DNA from: Alphaproteobacteria bacterium
Lineage (GTDB): Bacteria > Pseudomonadota > Alphaproteobacteria > CACIAM-22H2
DNA: 64,000 nucleotides
Direction of reading: 5' to 3'
Assembly (NCBI GenBank): GCA_036381615.1
Contig: DASVCL010000066.1
Coordinates: 24,676-88,675, forward strand
The notes under the pieces were generated by a model, which made no database searches, was not told the DNA's origin, and was given only the letters and a program-made list of their open reading frames with translations. Positions 11,409 through 20,673 of the stretch are shown here, piece by piece. The first letter of the stretch is position 1, and every line of letters starts with the position of its first letter. A program made the position numbers and the translations under genes.

Positions 11409-11467
11409 TCGTTGCGTCATCCGAACGTTCTTCCCACCGATCCGCCAACTTCAACTTGCGAGGAAGC

Positions 11468-12568
11468 ATGCGTATTGCCCAAGTCGCGCCCTTGACCGAG
11501 AGCGTGCCGCCGCAGACCTATGGCGGCACCGAGCGTGTCGTCGCCTATCTCACCGATGCGCTCGTCAAGCTCGGCCACGAGGTCACGCTTTACGCCTCCG
11601 CCGACTCGGGAACGGCGGCGGAACTGCGCGCATGCTGCGAACGCTCGCTGCGGCTTGCACCCGGTATCGGCGATCCGATCCAGATCCACGAGCAGATGAT
11701 GCAACGGGTTCTGGCCGAGTCCGCCGAGTTCGACATCATCCACTTTCATACCGCGTGGTATGAATTTCCGGTCTTTGCCAACTGCGCGACGCCCTGCCTG
11801 ACGACGGCGCATGGCCGCCTCGACGTCCAGATCATGAAGCAGCGCCTGCGCGAGTTCAGGGGATTTCCGCTGGTATCGATCTCCGATGCGCAGCGTCAGC
11901 CCGTTCCCGACGTCAATTGGGTCGGGACGATCTATCATGGCCTGCCCGACATCCTCGCGGTCGCCGACACGGGTCGGCGCGACTATCTGGCGTTCCTCGG
12001 CCGCATCTCGCCCGAGAAGCGGCCCGATCTCGCGATCAAGATCGCGCGGCGCGCCGGATGGCCGATCAAGATCGCGGCGAAGGTCGATCCCGTGGATGCA
12101 GCCTATTTTGAGTCCGAGATCCGGCCGCTGCTGTCGCTGCCCGGCGTCGAGTACGTGGGCGAACTCGACGAGGCCGACAAGATGCGCTTTCTTGCCGGCG
12201 CCCATGCACTCCTGTTTCCGATCGACTGGCCCGAGCCATTCGGACTCGTCATGATCGAGGCCATGGCCTGCGGCACGCCGGTGATCGCCTTCCGCCGCGG
12301 TTCCGTGCCGGAGGTGCTCGAGTCTGGCGTCACCGGCTACATCGTCGACGACGTCGCGCAGGCAGCCGCTGCCGTTGCCGAGGTCGGGCGGCTCAATCGC
12401 CATCGTATTCGCGACGTCTTCCGTCGCCGTTATTCGGCCATGCGCATGGCGGCGGATCATGTCCGGTTATACGAAGCTCTCATCGCACGGCACCGCCCAT
12501 TGCGTGCGCGGCGGCGCAAGTCGGCCGGCGCTCCGATCGTGCAGGCGGTAGGCCCCGGCGGTGATTGA
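11468..12568 (+). CDS. glycosyltransferase family 4
   Basis: MRIAQVAPLTESVPPQTYGGTERVVAYLTDALVKLGHEVTLYAS; EPFGLVMIEAMACGTPVIA motif; GAGGAAG SD. Confidence 0.85.
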   Translation: MRIAQVAPLTESVPPQTYGGTERVVAYLTDALVKLGHEVTLYASADSGTAAELRACCERSLRLAPGIGDPIQIHEQMMQRVLAESAEFDIIHFHTAWYEFPVFANCATPCLTTAHGRLDVQIMKQRLREFRGFPLVSISDAQRQPVPDVNWVGTIYHGLPDILAVADTGRRDYLAFLGRISPEKRPDLAIKIARRAGWPIKIAAKVDPVDAAYFESEIRPLLSLPGVEYVGELDEADKMRFLAGAHALLFPIDWPEPFGLVMIEAMACGTPVIAFRRGSVPEVLESGVTGYIVDDVAQAAAAVAEVGRLNRHRIRDVFRRRYSAMRMAADHVRLYEALIARHRPLRARRRKSAGAPIVQAVGPGGD

Positions 12569-12619
12569 GGTCGGGCCGCCGCGCCCCGGTTTTCCGACGT
12601 CGGATGTCCCGTCTGTCCG

Positions 12620-13447
12620 TCAGTCGGTCCAACGCCGGTGCAGCCACAACCACTGCTCGGGGCGATGGTGGATCCAGCTCTCGATGAGCGAATTAAGGCG
12701 TCCGATGATCGCCCGCTCGTCGGTCTTGCGGTCGCCGGTCGGCGACAGATCGACGGCCGGATGGACCGTCAGCCGGAAATGGGCGCCGCACACGCGGTCG
12801 ATCTGGGCGGGAAGGATGGCGCAGTCGAACTTCAGGGCCAGATGCGCGATCGCGCGTGTCGTCATCGCCTCGCGCCCGAAGAACGGGACGGGGATCCCCG
12901 TCCTTGTCTTTTGAGCGATGATGATGCCGAGATGCTGGCCTGCCGCGAACCGACGCATGACGAGCCGCAGGCCCGCCATGCCCTTCGGGACGAAGCTGAG
13001 TGCCCCCTCCTCGTGGCGGCAGCGGCGCACGAGAAGGTCGATCCACGGATTGTTGAGCGGCCGATAAAGCAGGTTGAGCGGCGTGCCATGGCGGGCGGCG
13101 ACCGGCGGCGCGACCTCCCAGTTTCCGAGATGTGCGGCGAAGTAGATGATCGGCTTGCCGCGTGCCAGTGCCCGGCGGATGTGCTCAGCCCCCACGAGTT
13201 CGACGCGCGCCGCAATGTTCTTGAGATGCGGATACTCCGCGGCGACGCGGCCCAGGTTTTCCCACATGCCGCGGACGATCGTCCCGATCTGGTGCGCCGG
13301 CATGTGGGGGGAGACGAGCTGAAGATGGCGGCGCGCGCGGTGCGATATGCCGAGGCGCGGTCCGGTGGCGCGTGCGATCCGGCCACCGAGCGCCGAAGTC
13401 GTATCGATCGGCAGTGATCCGAACAGTTTTAGGCCGGCGCGGACCAC
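12620..13447 (-). CDS. lysophospholipid/lipid A acyltransferase (LpxL/HtrB family)
   Basis: AAHLGNWEV (H-x4-D/E-type acyltransferase box) and overall LpxL-like layout. Confidence 0.8.
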   Translation of the reverse strand: MVRAGLKLFGSLPIDTTSALGGRIARATGPRLGISHRARRHLQLVSPHMPAHQIGTIVRGMWENLGRVAAEYPHLKNIAARVELVGAEHIRRALARGKPIIYFAAHLGNWEVAPPVAARHGTPLNLLYRPLNNPWIDLLVRRCRHEEGALSFVPKGMAGLRLVMRRFAAGQHLGIIIAQKTRTGIPVPFFGREAMTTRAIAHLALKFDCAILPAQIDRVCGAHFRLTVHPAVDLSPTGDRKTDERAIIGRLNSLIESWIHHRPEQWLWLHRRWTD

Positions 13448-13467
13448 GGCGCTCTCGAGCGGCCGCG

Positions 13468-13491
13468 ACAGATAGCATTACAGATAGCATT
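13468..13491. repeat. perfect 12-bp tandem duplication ACAGATAGCATT x2, 20 bp upstream of the acyltransferase start
   Basis: Read directly: ACAGATAGCATT at 13468-13479 and again at 13480-13491. Confidence 0.9.
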
Positions 13492-13872
13492 TGAGCCAGT
13501 GGCCATGGGCCTTGTCCCGCGCCATGGAGAGGCGCTGGTCCTGGTCGATGTCGGCGGCCCCGTACGCCGGCCTCGGATGACATTGGTGCATCGGCTCGGC
13601 AGTCTCCCCGCCGACGCCGCGCGCGCGGGATTCGAAACGCTGCGGTGGCCGCCGCCGAAGTCTGTGTGCCGTTGCGCCGGACCGTTCAGAAGGGTCGATC
13701 ACGTCGGGGGGCAAACCGCCTCCGAGGGCCGATTACGCGAGCGCGACAAACGCGGCGCGGCGCCCGCACGCCGACAATCCATTCCGTCGGCAATGGACTG
13801 GTTCGCTCGAGAGTGTCCGTTCGTCGCACGGGATGGCGTGCAATGCAGCGTTCGTCTCGCCCGTCGGGGATC

Positions 13873-14352
13873 TCATTTGTAGAGCGTCGCGGCGGCGCGT
13901 CCGAGGGCGCGTTCGACGGCGGGGCGCCATGCGTTTCGCCACCATTTTGCCCAGGCGGCCGTCGGCTCCGCCGCGGTCGCCGCCACCACGGGGCGGATGA
14001 CGATGACGTCGCAGTATCCGCTTCGCTTCTCGGCGATCCACTTGTTGGTGCGGTTGTTGCCGTCAAGGACAAAGAACCGGTCGCCGCATCGCGCAACCAC
14101 GATGGGGTAGCTCTCGAACCGTGGCCGCGCCCGCCCGTGCCAGCGGACGAGGCGCTTCAGATCCTCGGCCGTCCACGATTCAAGCGTGGCGACACAGGTG
14201 CCGCGATCCAGCCGGGGCATGCCCCGCAGTCGTTGGTGGCGGACATGGCGGGCGAAAAGCCGGTTCAGCGCGTCGGTCGGCGTGAAGTCACGTCCCGGCC
14301 GCTGGTGAAACGCCAAGAGCTGGTCGATGATCTGCCAGACCGTCTCGTCCAT
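13873..14352 (-). CDS. hypothetical protein, possible ParB/sulfiredoxin-fold domain
   Basis: 159-aa ORF with balanced composition; PIVVARCGDRFFVLDGNNRTNKW resembles the ParB/Srx DGxHR core; the overlapping plus-strand ORF is R/G/A-rich and rejected. Confidence 0.55.
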   Translation of the reverse strand: MDETVWQIIDQLLAFHQRPGRDFTPTDALNRLFARHVRHQRLRGMPRLDRGTCVATLESWTAEDLKRLVRWHGRARPRFESYPIVVARCGDRFFVLDGNNRTNKWIAEKRSGYCDVIVIRPVVAATAAEPTAAWAKWWRNAWRPAVERALGRAAATLYK

Positions 14353-14563
14353 GGACGAAGTTCTTGAATTGCAACGACATGGCTGCAGGCGACCCGGCTT
14401 CGCGCCGGGGCCATCAGATGATGAACGAGCCTAGCCGTACTTCGTTCCATGCGAGATGGGGCCCCGCCGCCCGGCATTTACTCCTCTGGAATAGACGAAG
14501 GCATAGTGCTGTTCCCCGCGTCAGTGCGCGTATACTTGCGGCTGTTGAGATGAGGGGCAGGGC

Positions 14564-14809
14564 ATGACCGCTCGGACAGCATGGGCCCTCGTCGGCGGAC
14601 TTGTCGGGCTCGTGGTTGCTGGTTGCCAGTCGGCAGAGGAGTTGCGCACGGCCGATGCGACCCGATGCACGGCGTACGGATTCGAACAAGGCTCGAACGA
14701 GTTCGCCGGTTGCCTGCAACGGGAGAGTCTGGCGCGACGCTACGGCTATGATGCGCGGGCGTGGCCGCCTTATCCGCCGGGGTACGGTTGGGGCCGCATG
14801 TGGTGGTAG
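14564..14809 (+). CDS. small lipoprotein
   Basis: Signal peptide plus lipobox LVVAGC; 81 aa; aromatic/Pro-rich tail. Confidence 0.65.
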   Translation: MTARTAWALVGGLVGLVVAGCQSAEELRTADATRCTAYGFEQGSNEFAGCLQRESLARRYGYDARAWPPYPPGYGWGRMWW

Positions 14810-14998
14810 CCGGCCGAGCCGTCACTGAGGACGGCGCCGATCGGCCTGGATCGGACGGTGAGCGCCAACGAGACGGGGGCCGACGGCAAAGGCCCGGAGC
14901 TGCGCGACCCCGGGCCTGTCATCAGTAATGCGTCAGGAACTCCAAGGGCTTACGAGACCGTTGCCGGCCCTGGCGGGTGGCGCATGGCCCACGCACCA

Positions 14999-15436
14999 TC
15001 AGCCGTGACGGCCGGCAGCATCCGTCTCCAATGCATTCGCTGTCTCGTCGTTCTCGTGAGCGACGTCGATGACGGTCAGCGACTTCACGCGGCCGTCGGG
15101 CGTCTCATACGAGATTGAATCGCCGGTCGATACGCCAAGCAGCGCCGCGCCGACCGGGGTCAGGACTGAAATTCCGCCGGGCTGCTGGCGAGCCTCGTCG
15201 GGGTAAACGAGACGAGCGGTGCTGACGCGACCGGACTCGTCGTCGCGGAATCGGACCGTGGCATGCATCGTCACCACGTTCGCCGGAACATCCTGATCCG
15301 GCAGCACGCGGGCACGGCTGAGCTCTCCGAGAAGAAATTCGCCGACCTTTCCCATGCGATCGACGACAGCGCCGCCAAGCAGCGTATCGAGCCGTCGGAA
15401 ATCGCGGCGGCTGAGAATGATATCCGGCTGGTTCAT
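14999..15436 (-). CDS. rnk: nucleoside diphosphate kinase regulator (GreA/GreB-family, Rnk-like)
   Basis: MNQPDIILSRRDFRRLDTLL N-terminus and GreA/B C-terminal domain (LLGVSTGDSISYETPDGRVKSLTVIDV). Confidence 0.85.
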   Translation of the reverse strand: MNQPDIILSRRDFRRLDTLLGGAVVDRMGKVGEFLLGELSRARVLPDQDVPANVVTMHATVRFRDDESGRVSTARLVYPDEARQQPGGISVLTPVGAALLGVSTGDSISYETPDGRVKSLTVIDVAHENDETANALETDAAGRHG

Positions 15437-15905
15437 GATCTATCCCTCCATGTCGAGAGATCTTGTTGAAGTCTAAGGTCCGGACACAGATCCTGGGCAC
15501 GGACTGTGCTGCCAGGGGTTCGTGCCGACGCAGGCCACCTGGCAAGGGCCTGCTGTCGGCGGACTGACAGCTGTATGGTTGTTGTTGGAAGTGTGGCCCC
15601 GGATCCCGGCGCGGCGTCACGACGCCGCGTCATGCATCACGGGGCATGGAATTCCGGTTTTGCGCAGCTCGCCAGCAGGACGCACCAGCTGATCTTCGCA
15701 ACCGCGATATGTGACTGCGCGTGGAACATGGTGTTAATCATATAGGGAGAAGAGGCCAAGCTCGCAAGAGGGCGATGGTAGGGTTTGCCGTTTTGATCGT
15801 CGGTGGAAGCGAAACGTATGACAGGGCAGGGTACCGGTCGCCCGCGGCGCGAACCGTAGCGGCGTTCGTTATCCGAACGGTCCGATCGGGAGGCGATAAA
15901 GGGCA

Positions 15906-16136
15906 ATGACACGACCAGGATCCACGCAACGCGGCTCGCTGCTCGGCTGGGCGGCTCTTCTGATCGCGGTCGTAACGGCAATCGTCTGGATTGTTGTGGC
16001 GTTGTCGTCGGGAGATGAGACCATAAGCGTACATGGCTGGATTGCGCTCGCGCTCGGGATCGTGGGCACGGCCATGGTGGCCGGGGTTCTCATGTGGCTG
16101 CTCTTCAAGAGCAGTCGGGGCGGTCACGACCGGTGA
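15906..16136 (+). CDS. small two-TM membrane protein
   Basis: 76 aa with two clear hydrophobic helices, GGGAGG SD upstream. Confidence 0.55.
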   Translation: MTRPGSTQRGSLLGWAALLIAVVTAIVWIVVALSSGDETISVHGWIALALGIVGTAMVAGVLMWLLFKSSRGGHDR

Positions 16137-16204
16137 CGTGGTGCCGCGGCATGGCGGCTGCACCCGGCGGATCCGTGCGCCCCGACGAAGCGTGAGAGCT
16201 GACG

Positions 16205-17128
16205 ATGTCTTCGCACGCGTCGTTCATCGTCATCGTGACCGCCTTCACGACGGTGCTGTTCCTGGCCGTACTGCACCGGTCCGCATGGTGCCTCGTCGGG
16301 ATCGCGCAGCGGGCGGCCGTGCGGATCGCCGGCGGTTCGCTTGCCATGCGGCTCATGGCGCATGCACGACCCATTGGCGCCGTCGTCGCGGTTCGCGCAC
16401 CGGGTCTCTACGCCGTCCTTGTCGCGCGGACTCGCACCGACCGCTTCACGGGGTTGCCGCTCACCCTCATCGTGTGCGCGGCGGCTTATGTAGCGTTTCT
16501 GTTCGGCGGCCTGATCGAGGAGTTGCTCGAGGCGGACGAGGTCGTCTGGTTCGACATGGCTGTCAACAGGGCCCTGGATGGCGCGCGGATCCAGCCGTTC
16601 CTCGGCGCTTTCCTGTGGATCACGAAGATGGGCGAGGGGCCCGCGGTCACGGCCGTCTGTTTCGCCGCAACGGCATTCCTGGCGCTCGAGCGACGCTGGC
16701 GCTTTGTCCCTGGGCTGTGGACGACGATGATCGGCGCTCAGGTGACCACATGGATCGGCAAGTACGCGATCGGCCGCGACCGCCCCGAGTTTCTCGAGAT
16801 CGTCACCGCCGATTCCCCGGCGTTCCCGAGCGGCCACGCAACCGCTGCGATGGCCGTTTACGGGTTCCTCGCCTACACGATGCTGCGCCGAATGAAAGGG
16901 TTGCGCGCGCGTTTCGAGATCGTGTTCTGGACGGCGATTCTGATCGGCATCATCGGATTCAGCCGGATCTATCTTCGCGTCCACTACGTCAGCGACGTTG
17001 CGAGCGGCTTCCTCGTCGGAATCTTCTGGCTGCTCGTCGGCGTCGTGGTCGCCGAATGGAGCCGGGGCCGGGCCCCCGGCATATCCGGGCCGGATGAACG
17101 CGCCCCACGTGGACCTGCGCCGCCGTAA
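16205..17128 (+). CDS. PAP2-family phosphatase
   Basis: KYAIGRDRP ... PSGH ... SRIYLRVHYVSD tripartite PAP2 motif. Confidence 0.85.
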   Translation: MSSHASFIVIVTAFTTVLFLAVLHRSAWCLVGIAQRAAVRIAGGSLAMRLMAHARPIGAVVAVRAPGLYAVLVARTRTDRFTGLPLTLIVCAAAYVAFLFGGLIEELLEADEVVWFDMAVNRALDGARIQPFLGAFLWITKMGEGPAVTAVCFAATAFLALERRWRFVPGLWTTMIGAQVTTWIGKYAIGRDRPEFLEIVTADSPAFPSGHATAAMAVYGFLAYTMLRRMKGLRARFEIVFWTAILIGIIGFSRIYLRVHYVSDVASGFLVGIFWLLVGVVVAEWSRGRAPGISGPDERAPRGPAPP

Positions 17129-17134
17129 TCTGGA

Positions 17135-17947
17135 TTATCGCGGCGCGCCGGCGGCACCCGGGGCCTGCAAGCCCGGCCCCTGAACCAGGACTTCGACGCG
17201 ACGGTTGAGTTGTCGTCCCTGCGCCGTCTCGTTGCTGGCGACAGGCAGGGTTTCGCCGAAGCCTTGCGTCTCGATGCGGCTGGAATCGATGCCACGCGCC
17301 GTCAGTGCCCGCCGCACGGAATCGGCTCGCATCTGGGACAAGCTCATGTTGTAGTCGGAATTGCCGGTGCTGTCGGTGTGGCCTTCGACCAACAGCCGAT
17401 ACTCCGGATGCTGCTGCATGAAGGTTGCGATTCGGTCCAGATTCGTCGTGGCCCCGGGCAGAAGGTCGGCGCTGTTGACCCTGAACAGCACGTCGCCGAG
17501 CGTGAGGACCGGGCCTCGCGGAGTCTGCCGCGCCTGCAGGTCGGCGAGCTCCTGCTCGAGCCGCTGCGTTTCCTCCGTCCGCCCCGCTAGCAATGTCTTC
17601 GTGCGCTCGGCCTCGGCCATGCGGATCTGTTCCTGCGTCGCCCGCGTGGTTGCGACCTCGCGTGCGATCGCCGCTTGCTGCATGGCGATATAAGCCTCGT
17701 GATTGACCTGCGCCGGATCTGCGCCGTCCTGCCAGCTGGCCTCGGCCTGCCCGAGCGACTCCCGCGCCTTCGACAGCTCCAGCGGCGCCTGCTGGGCGAC
17801 GACCGGATCTTGTGACACGGACGAAACCTGGCTGCGTGCGGCCTCGAGGTTGGGGTTCGTCTGCGGGGTGGTGCTGCATGCGGACAACCCCAGGCCGAGG
17901 AATGCCGCAAAGGCTGACGCCCGCGCACATGTAACGACTCGCCACAT
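17135..17947 (-). CDS. OmpA-family lipoprotein with N-terminal DUF4398-like helical region
   Basis: Internal start MWRVV (17947) gives signal plus lipobox LSAC; C-terminal OmpA_C motif GHTDSTGNSDYNMSLSQMRADSV; the upstream ORF extension is R-rich and not credible. Confidence 0.85.
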   Translation of the reverse strand: MWRVVTCARASAFAAFLGLGLSACSTTPQTNPNLEAARSQVSSVSQDPVVAQQAPLELSKARESLGQAEASWQDGADPAQVNHEAYIAMQQAAIAREVATTRATQEQIRMAEAERTKTLLAGRTEETQRLEQELADLQARQTPRGPVLTLGDVLFRVNSADLLPGATTNLDRIATFMQQHPEYRLLVEGHTDSTGNSDYNMSLSQMRADSVRRALTARGIDSSRIETQGFGETLPVASNETAQGRQLNRRVEVLVQGPGLQAPGAAGAPR

Positions 17948-17969
17948 GATTCTTCTCCTCTGCTGGCGG

Positions 17970-18350
17970 TCAGCGGCTTTGCCGCTGCATCTCTTGCTGG
18001 AGCGTGCCGATGCCCTCGCGCACCTGCTGCAGGGCGGCTTTAGCGGCAGCAGAGTTTGACTTGCTGCTGGCGAGCTGCGCATCAACCTCCGCCTCGCGGG
18101 CAAGGCGGGCCGCCTGCTCGTATTCTTCCTGCCGTGTGGCGGCCTCAGCGCGACTGAGCTTTTCGCGCGCGCCGTTGAGCTCGACGGGTGCACGTTGTGC
18201 GGCGTCGTTCCGCTCGGCATCCTCGATTGCGGCACGTGCCGTGCTGAGTTGCGCCGTCGGCGGCTCGCCGGAAGCGCAGCCTGCCAGCAAGAGCATCGAC
18301 GCTCCCAGCGCCGATGCCAGGACCGGTCTTGGTCCAATCTGCGACATCAT
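17970..18350 (-). CDS. DUF4398-type helical lipoprotein
   Basis: Signal plus LLAGC lipobox; Ala/Glu/Gln-rich helical body similar to the N-domain of the downstream OmpA gene. Confidence 0.75.
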   Translation of the reverse strand: MMSQIGPRPVLASALGASMLLLAGCASGEPPTAQLSTARAAIEDAERNDAAQRAPVELNGAREKLSRAEAATRQEEYEQAARLAREAEVDAQLASSKSNSAAAKAALQQVREGIGTLQQEMQRQSR

Positions 18351-18509
18351 GGGGCTGAATCCTTTGGGTTGACCGGAGTGGGAATCAGCCTCGACCCGAA
18401 GGGCAGGCCGATTGTTCCCATGCTACGAACGTCGAATGGGCCGCCGGGTTTCACCAAATTACCGCGGGCGGCCGGCGGTTCCGCCGCAGATAGATTTGAA
18501 GCGCGGCTT

Positions 18510-19328
18510 TTATCGGGCGTTATATGGTGCCGGATCTTGCCGATGCCGGGCGGATGCTTGATGCGCGTGTGCATCGACGTGCATCAGTGGGGGCGCGGCG
18601 CGGTCGACGCCGGCGATTTCACGGACCAGCTTGTTGGTGATGGCGTGGGCGAAGGATGTGAAATCGTCGACGACGATGACGAAGGCGCCCGGCCCGCCCA
18701 CGACATTCTCGCGGTAATAGAGCTCGAGCCCGCCCGGCGGGTGAGTGTGCAGCGGATTCCAGGGCATCGGCTCGGGGCTCAAGATGACTAGGCCGTTGAT
18801 CGTGATGCCGGCTGCGACGGCATCGTCGCGTGCACGAGCGGGGCTTCGCCCGTCCGTGTTCGTCCCGTCTCCGGATATGTCGATCGTGCGACGCAGACTC
18901 TCGTGGTTGCTGCGCGCGAACTGGGCGACGGCAAAGTCGATGGCCGCGCCGATTGCAGTGCGGTTGGCGAATTGGCGCGGAACGGACAGCAGTGCATCCG
19001 CGAATGCCCCGGCCGTTTCGTCGTCCTCGATCACCGTCCAGTCGACGATCACATGTTGCGAATCCATGCCGGACCATTCCAGGAAACAGACCGCGATCCG
19101 GCCGATCGGGCCCGAACGGATCGCCTGCAGGACACGGGGATCCTTGAATGCCGCTGCGTAGCCTTGCCGCTGAAGCTGGAATTCACCGTCGTCGATGCTA
19201 CGGGACACATCGGCGGCGAGCACGAGTTGCACGTCGACGGTGGTTGCGGCTGCGGTCGTGGCCGAAGACAGGCTGGCCCAGGCGACGAGACCGGCGGCGA
19301 TCAACCGCGCAAACGCTCTCCTCAACAT
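18510..19328 (-). CDS. DUF1194 (vWA-like) secreted protein
   Basis: Start MLRRAF at 19328 gives a signal peptide; VDVQLVLAADVSRSIDDGEFQLQRQGYAAAF is the DUF1194/vWA MIDAS-like opening. Confidence 0.8.
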   Translation of the reverse strand: MLRRAFARLIAAGLVAWASLSSATTAAATTVDVQLVLAADVSRSIDDGEFQLQRQGYAAAFKDPRVLQAIRSGPIGRIAVCFLEWSGMDSQHVIVDWTVIEDDETAGAFADALLSVPRQFANRTAIGAAIDFAVAQFARSNHESLRRTIDISGDGTNTDGRSPARARDDAVAAGITINGLVILSPEPMPWNPLHTHPPGGLELYYRENVVGGPGAFVIVVDDFTSFAHAITNKLVREIAGVDRAAPPLMHVDAHAHQASARHRQDPAPYNAR

Positions 19329-19489
19329 GCCTGCACCTCGCATCGGGTGAACGATTGAGTGTACCCGATGGTACGGCTCTGGGCATCGGGTGTTGCGTCC
19401 TGCCGTCGTGGCTCGGGAACGGGGGGAAAGGACAGGGCGTTGGCCTTGGCGGCCCCGCAGGTCGGGATCGCAGCGAAGGAGGTGAATCA

Positions 19490-19756
19490 ATGACGCACAC
19501 CAGTCATGACAAGGCTGGTGGGACGACGTCCGAGCGACTGACGTTTGAACAGATCAGGTCGATCGTCGGCGACATTGCCGACCCCAAGGCGACGGCGATC
19601 GCCGCCACGGGTGCATCGGCCGACGAGCTGTGGCAGGCGTATCTTTACGCACAGGGATACGGGGACGTGCTCGACCGCAGCGGTCACTCGCTGACCGGCG
19701 TCGTCGCCGAGATCTACGATATCCTGACGGCGGACGAAGAGCTCGACGAGCGCTGA
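19490..19756 (+). CDS. hypothetical protein (88 aa)
   Basis: GGAGGTG SD 6 nt before ATG 19490; acidic soluble protein; no family recognised. Confidence 0.55.
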   Translation: MTHTSHDKAGGTTSERLTFEQIRSIVGDIADPKATAIAATGASADELWQAYLYAQGYGDVLDRSGHSLTGVVAEIYDILTADEELDER

Positions 19757-19797
19757 TCGACGTCCGGTCCGACGGGACGATCGCGCGCGGTGATCGA

Positions 19798-20052
19798 TCA
19801 GTTTTCCTGCTTCAGCCACGTGACCAGCGCGCATCCGATTTGCGCGACGGCGCCGCCGATCACGGCCGCGACGAGAACGGTTATGTCCGATACGACCCAG
19901 TCGGGCACGGCGTCGAACAATGGCATGAATTTCACCTCCATGCCCGATCGCTCCTGCAACAGGCGGGCGCCGGCTGCGAGCGCGGCGCCCGCCGCGCCGA
20001 TCAGGCAAACGGGGCTGCCCAGCCCCCAGTCGGTTCCGTTCGGACGGCTCAT
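19798..20052 (-). CDS. hypothetical small membrane protein
   Basis: GAGGGG SD before ATG 20052; C-terminal TM ITVLVAAVIGGAVAQIGCALV; its frame stays open about 150 nt upstream. Confidence 0.4.
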   Translation of the reverse strand: MSRPNGTDWGLGSPVCLIGAAGAALAAGARLLQERSGMEVKFMPLFDAVPDWVVSDITVLVAAVIGGAVAQIGCALVTWLKQEN

Positions 20053-20143
20053 GCCGCCCCTCGGCGGAATGGGTATCGCCCACTCGACGCACTGCGTTGC
20101 GAACGACCTCCGGTATTCGCGCCCGCATGCCGGCCGGTCGCGG

Positions 20144-20434
20144 TCAGGAACGGGTATTCGACGGACATCTCGATGTTTTTCGATCGCGGTGATGGCAGCT
20201 TCCTAAGACGCAGCCGATACCGGACCCGTCGAGGATCGCCGTTTCCGCATTGTCGAGATAGGCCGGCTCAAGCTGCGGGATGAGGTTTAGCGTCAGACTC
20301 TCGTCAGTGTCGACCGTAATCCGGTACGCCGGCGCGGCATCCAGCTCACGGCCGGACGGCGTCATCGCGACGTACCGATGCGGCGATGCGGGCCCGGGAG
20401 GAATCACCGTGCGCCTCGCGGCAGGAGAGCGCAC
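20144..20434 (-). CDS. hypothetical protein (questionable; codon bias decays toward the 3' end)
   Basis: 96-codon ORF starting at the edge of the AT-rich gap; good GC3 up to ..ILDGSGIGC, then poor; possibly frameshifted into the downstream ORF. Confidence 0.3.
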   Translation of the reverse strand: MRSPAARRTVIPPGPASPHRYVAMTPSGRELDAAPAYRITVDTDESLTLNLIPQLEPAYLDNAETAILDGSGIGCVLGSCHHRDRKTSRCPSNTRS

Positions 20435-20440
20435 CAGCCT

Positions 20441-20580
20441 ATTCTTCTTTGAATTAAGAAATAATCAAACGAGCTTGGCTGTTCATTTCAGTCATAGACG
20501 ATGAATATGCAATAAAACCATAGGTTTAGATTTTAGGAATCAACGGACTGTTAACCATAATTTTACTGCGCGCGGACTAA
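20441..20580. promoter_or_regulatory. 34% GC divergent intergenic/promoter region
   Basis: 48 G+C in 140 bp against a background of about 65%; contains AAACC-ATA-GGTTT inverted repeat and AACCATA twice. Confidence 0.5.
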
Positions 20581-20673
20581 TCCGAGTGGCGAGAACCGGG
20601 CGCCTCTCGTGCGGCGGCCGGCACGACCACTGGTCCGTCCGCGGTTCGTCGCGGGCACGGACCCAAGCCGGAG

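Noticed and set aside
9606-11420. 604-aa minus-strand ORF. Similar long ORFs occur at 20728-22341 (-), 23681-25579 (+), 42981-44840 (-), 51516-53657 (+) and 56344-58794 (-)
   Set aside because: Each lies antisense to a gene with clear family motifs (ABC exporters, pckG, ydjM-like/ferritin-like, the 638-aa ORF, antiporter/MFS). All have low-complexity R/G/A/P/D composition.
13645-14367. 240-aa plus-strand ORF overlapping the 13873-14352 minus-strand gene
   Set aside because: It is R/G/A-rich with no motif. The minus-strand product has balanced composition and a recognisable core, so the plus ORF is treated as its shadow.
20144-20434. RiPP/bacteriocin precursor (leader plus Cys-containing core GSGIGCVLGSCHH...) exported by the adjacent ABC transporter
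   Set aside because: The transporter has no C39 peptidase domain. No modification enzymes or immunity gene are present. The GSG is a poor double-glycine motif. The putative core is exactly where codon bias collapses, so a frameshift or non-coding tail is more likely.
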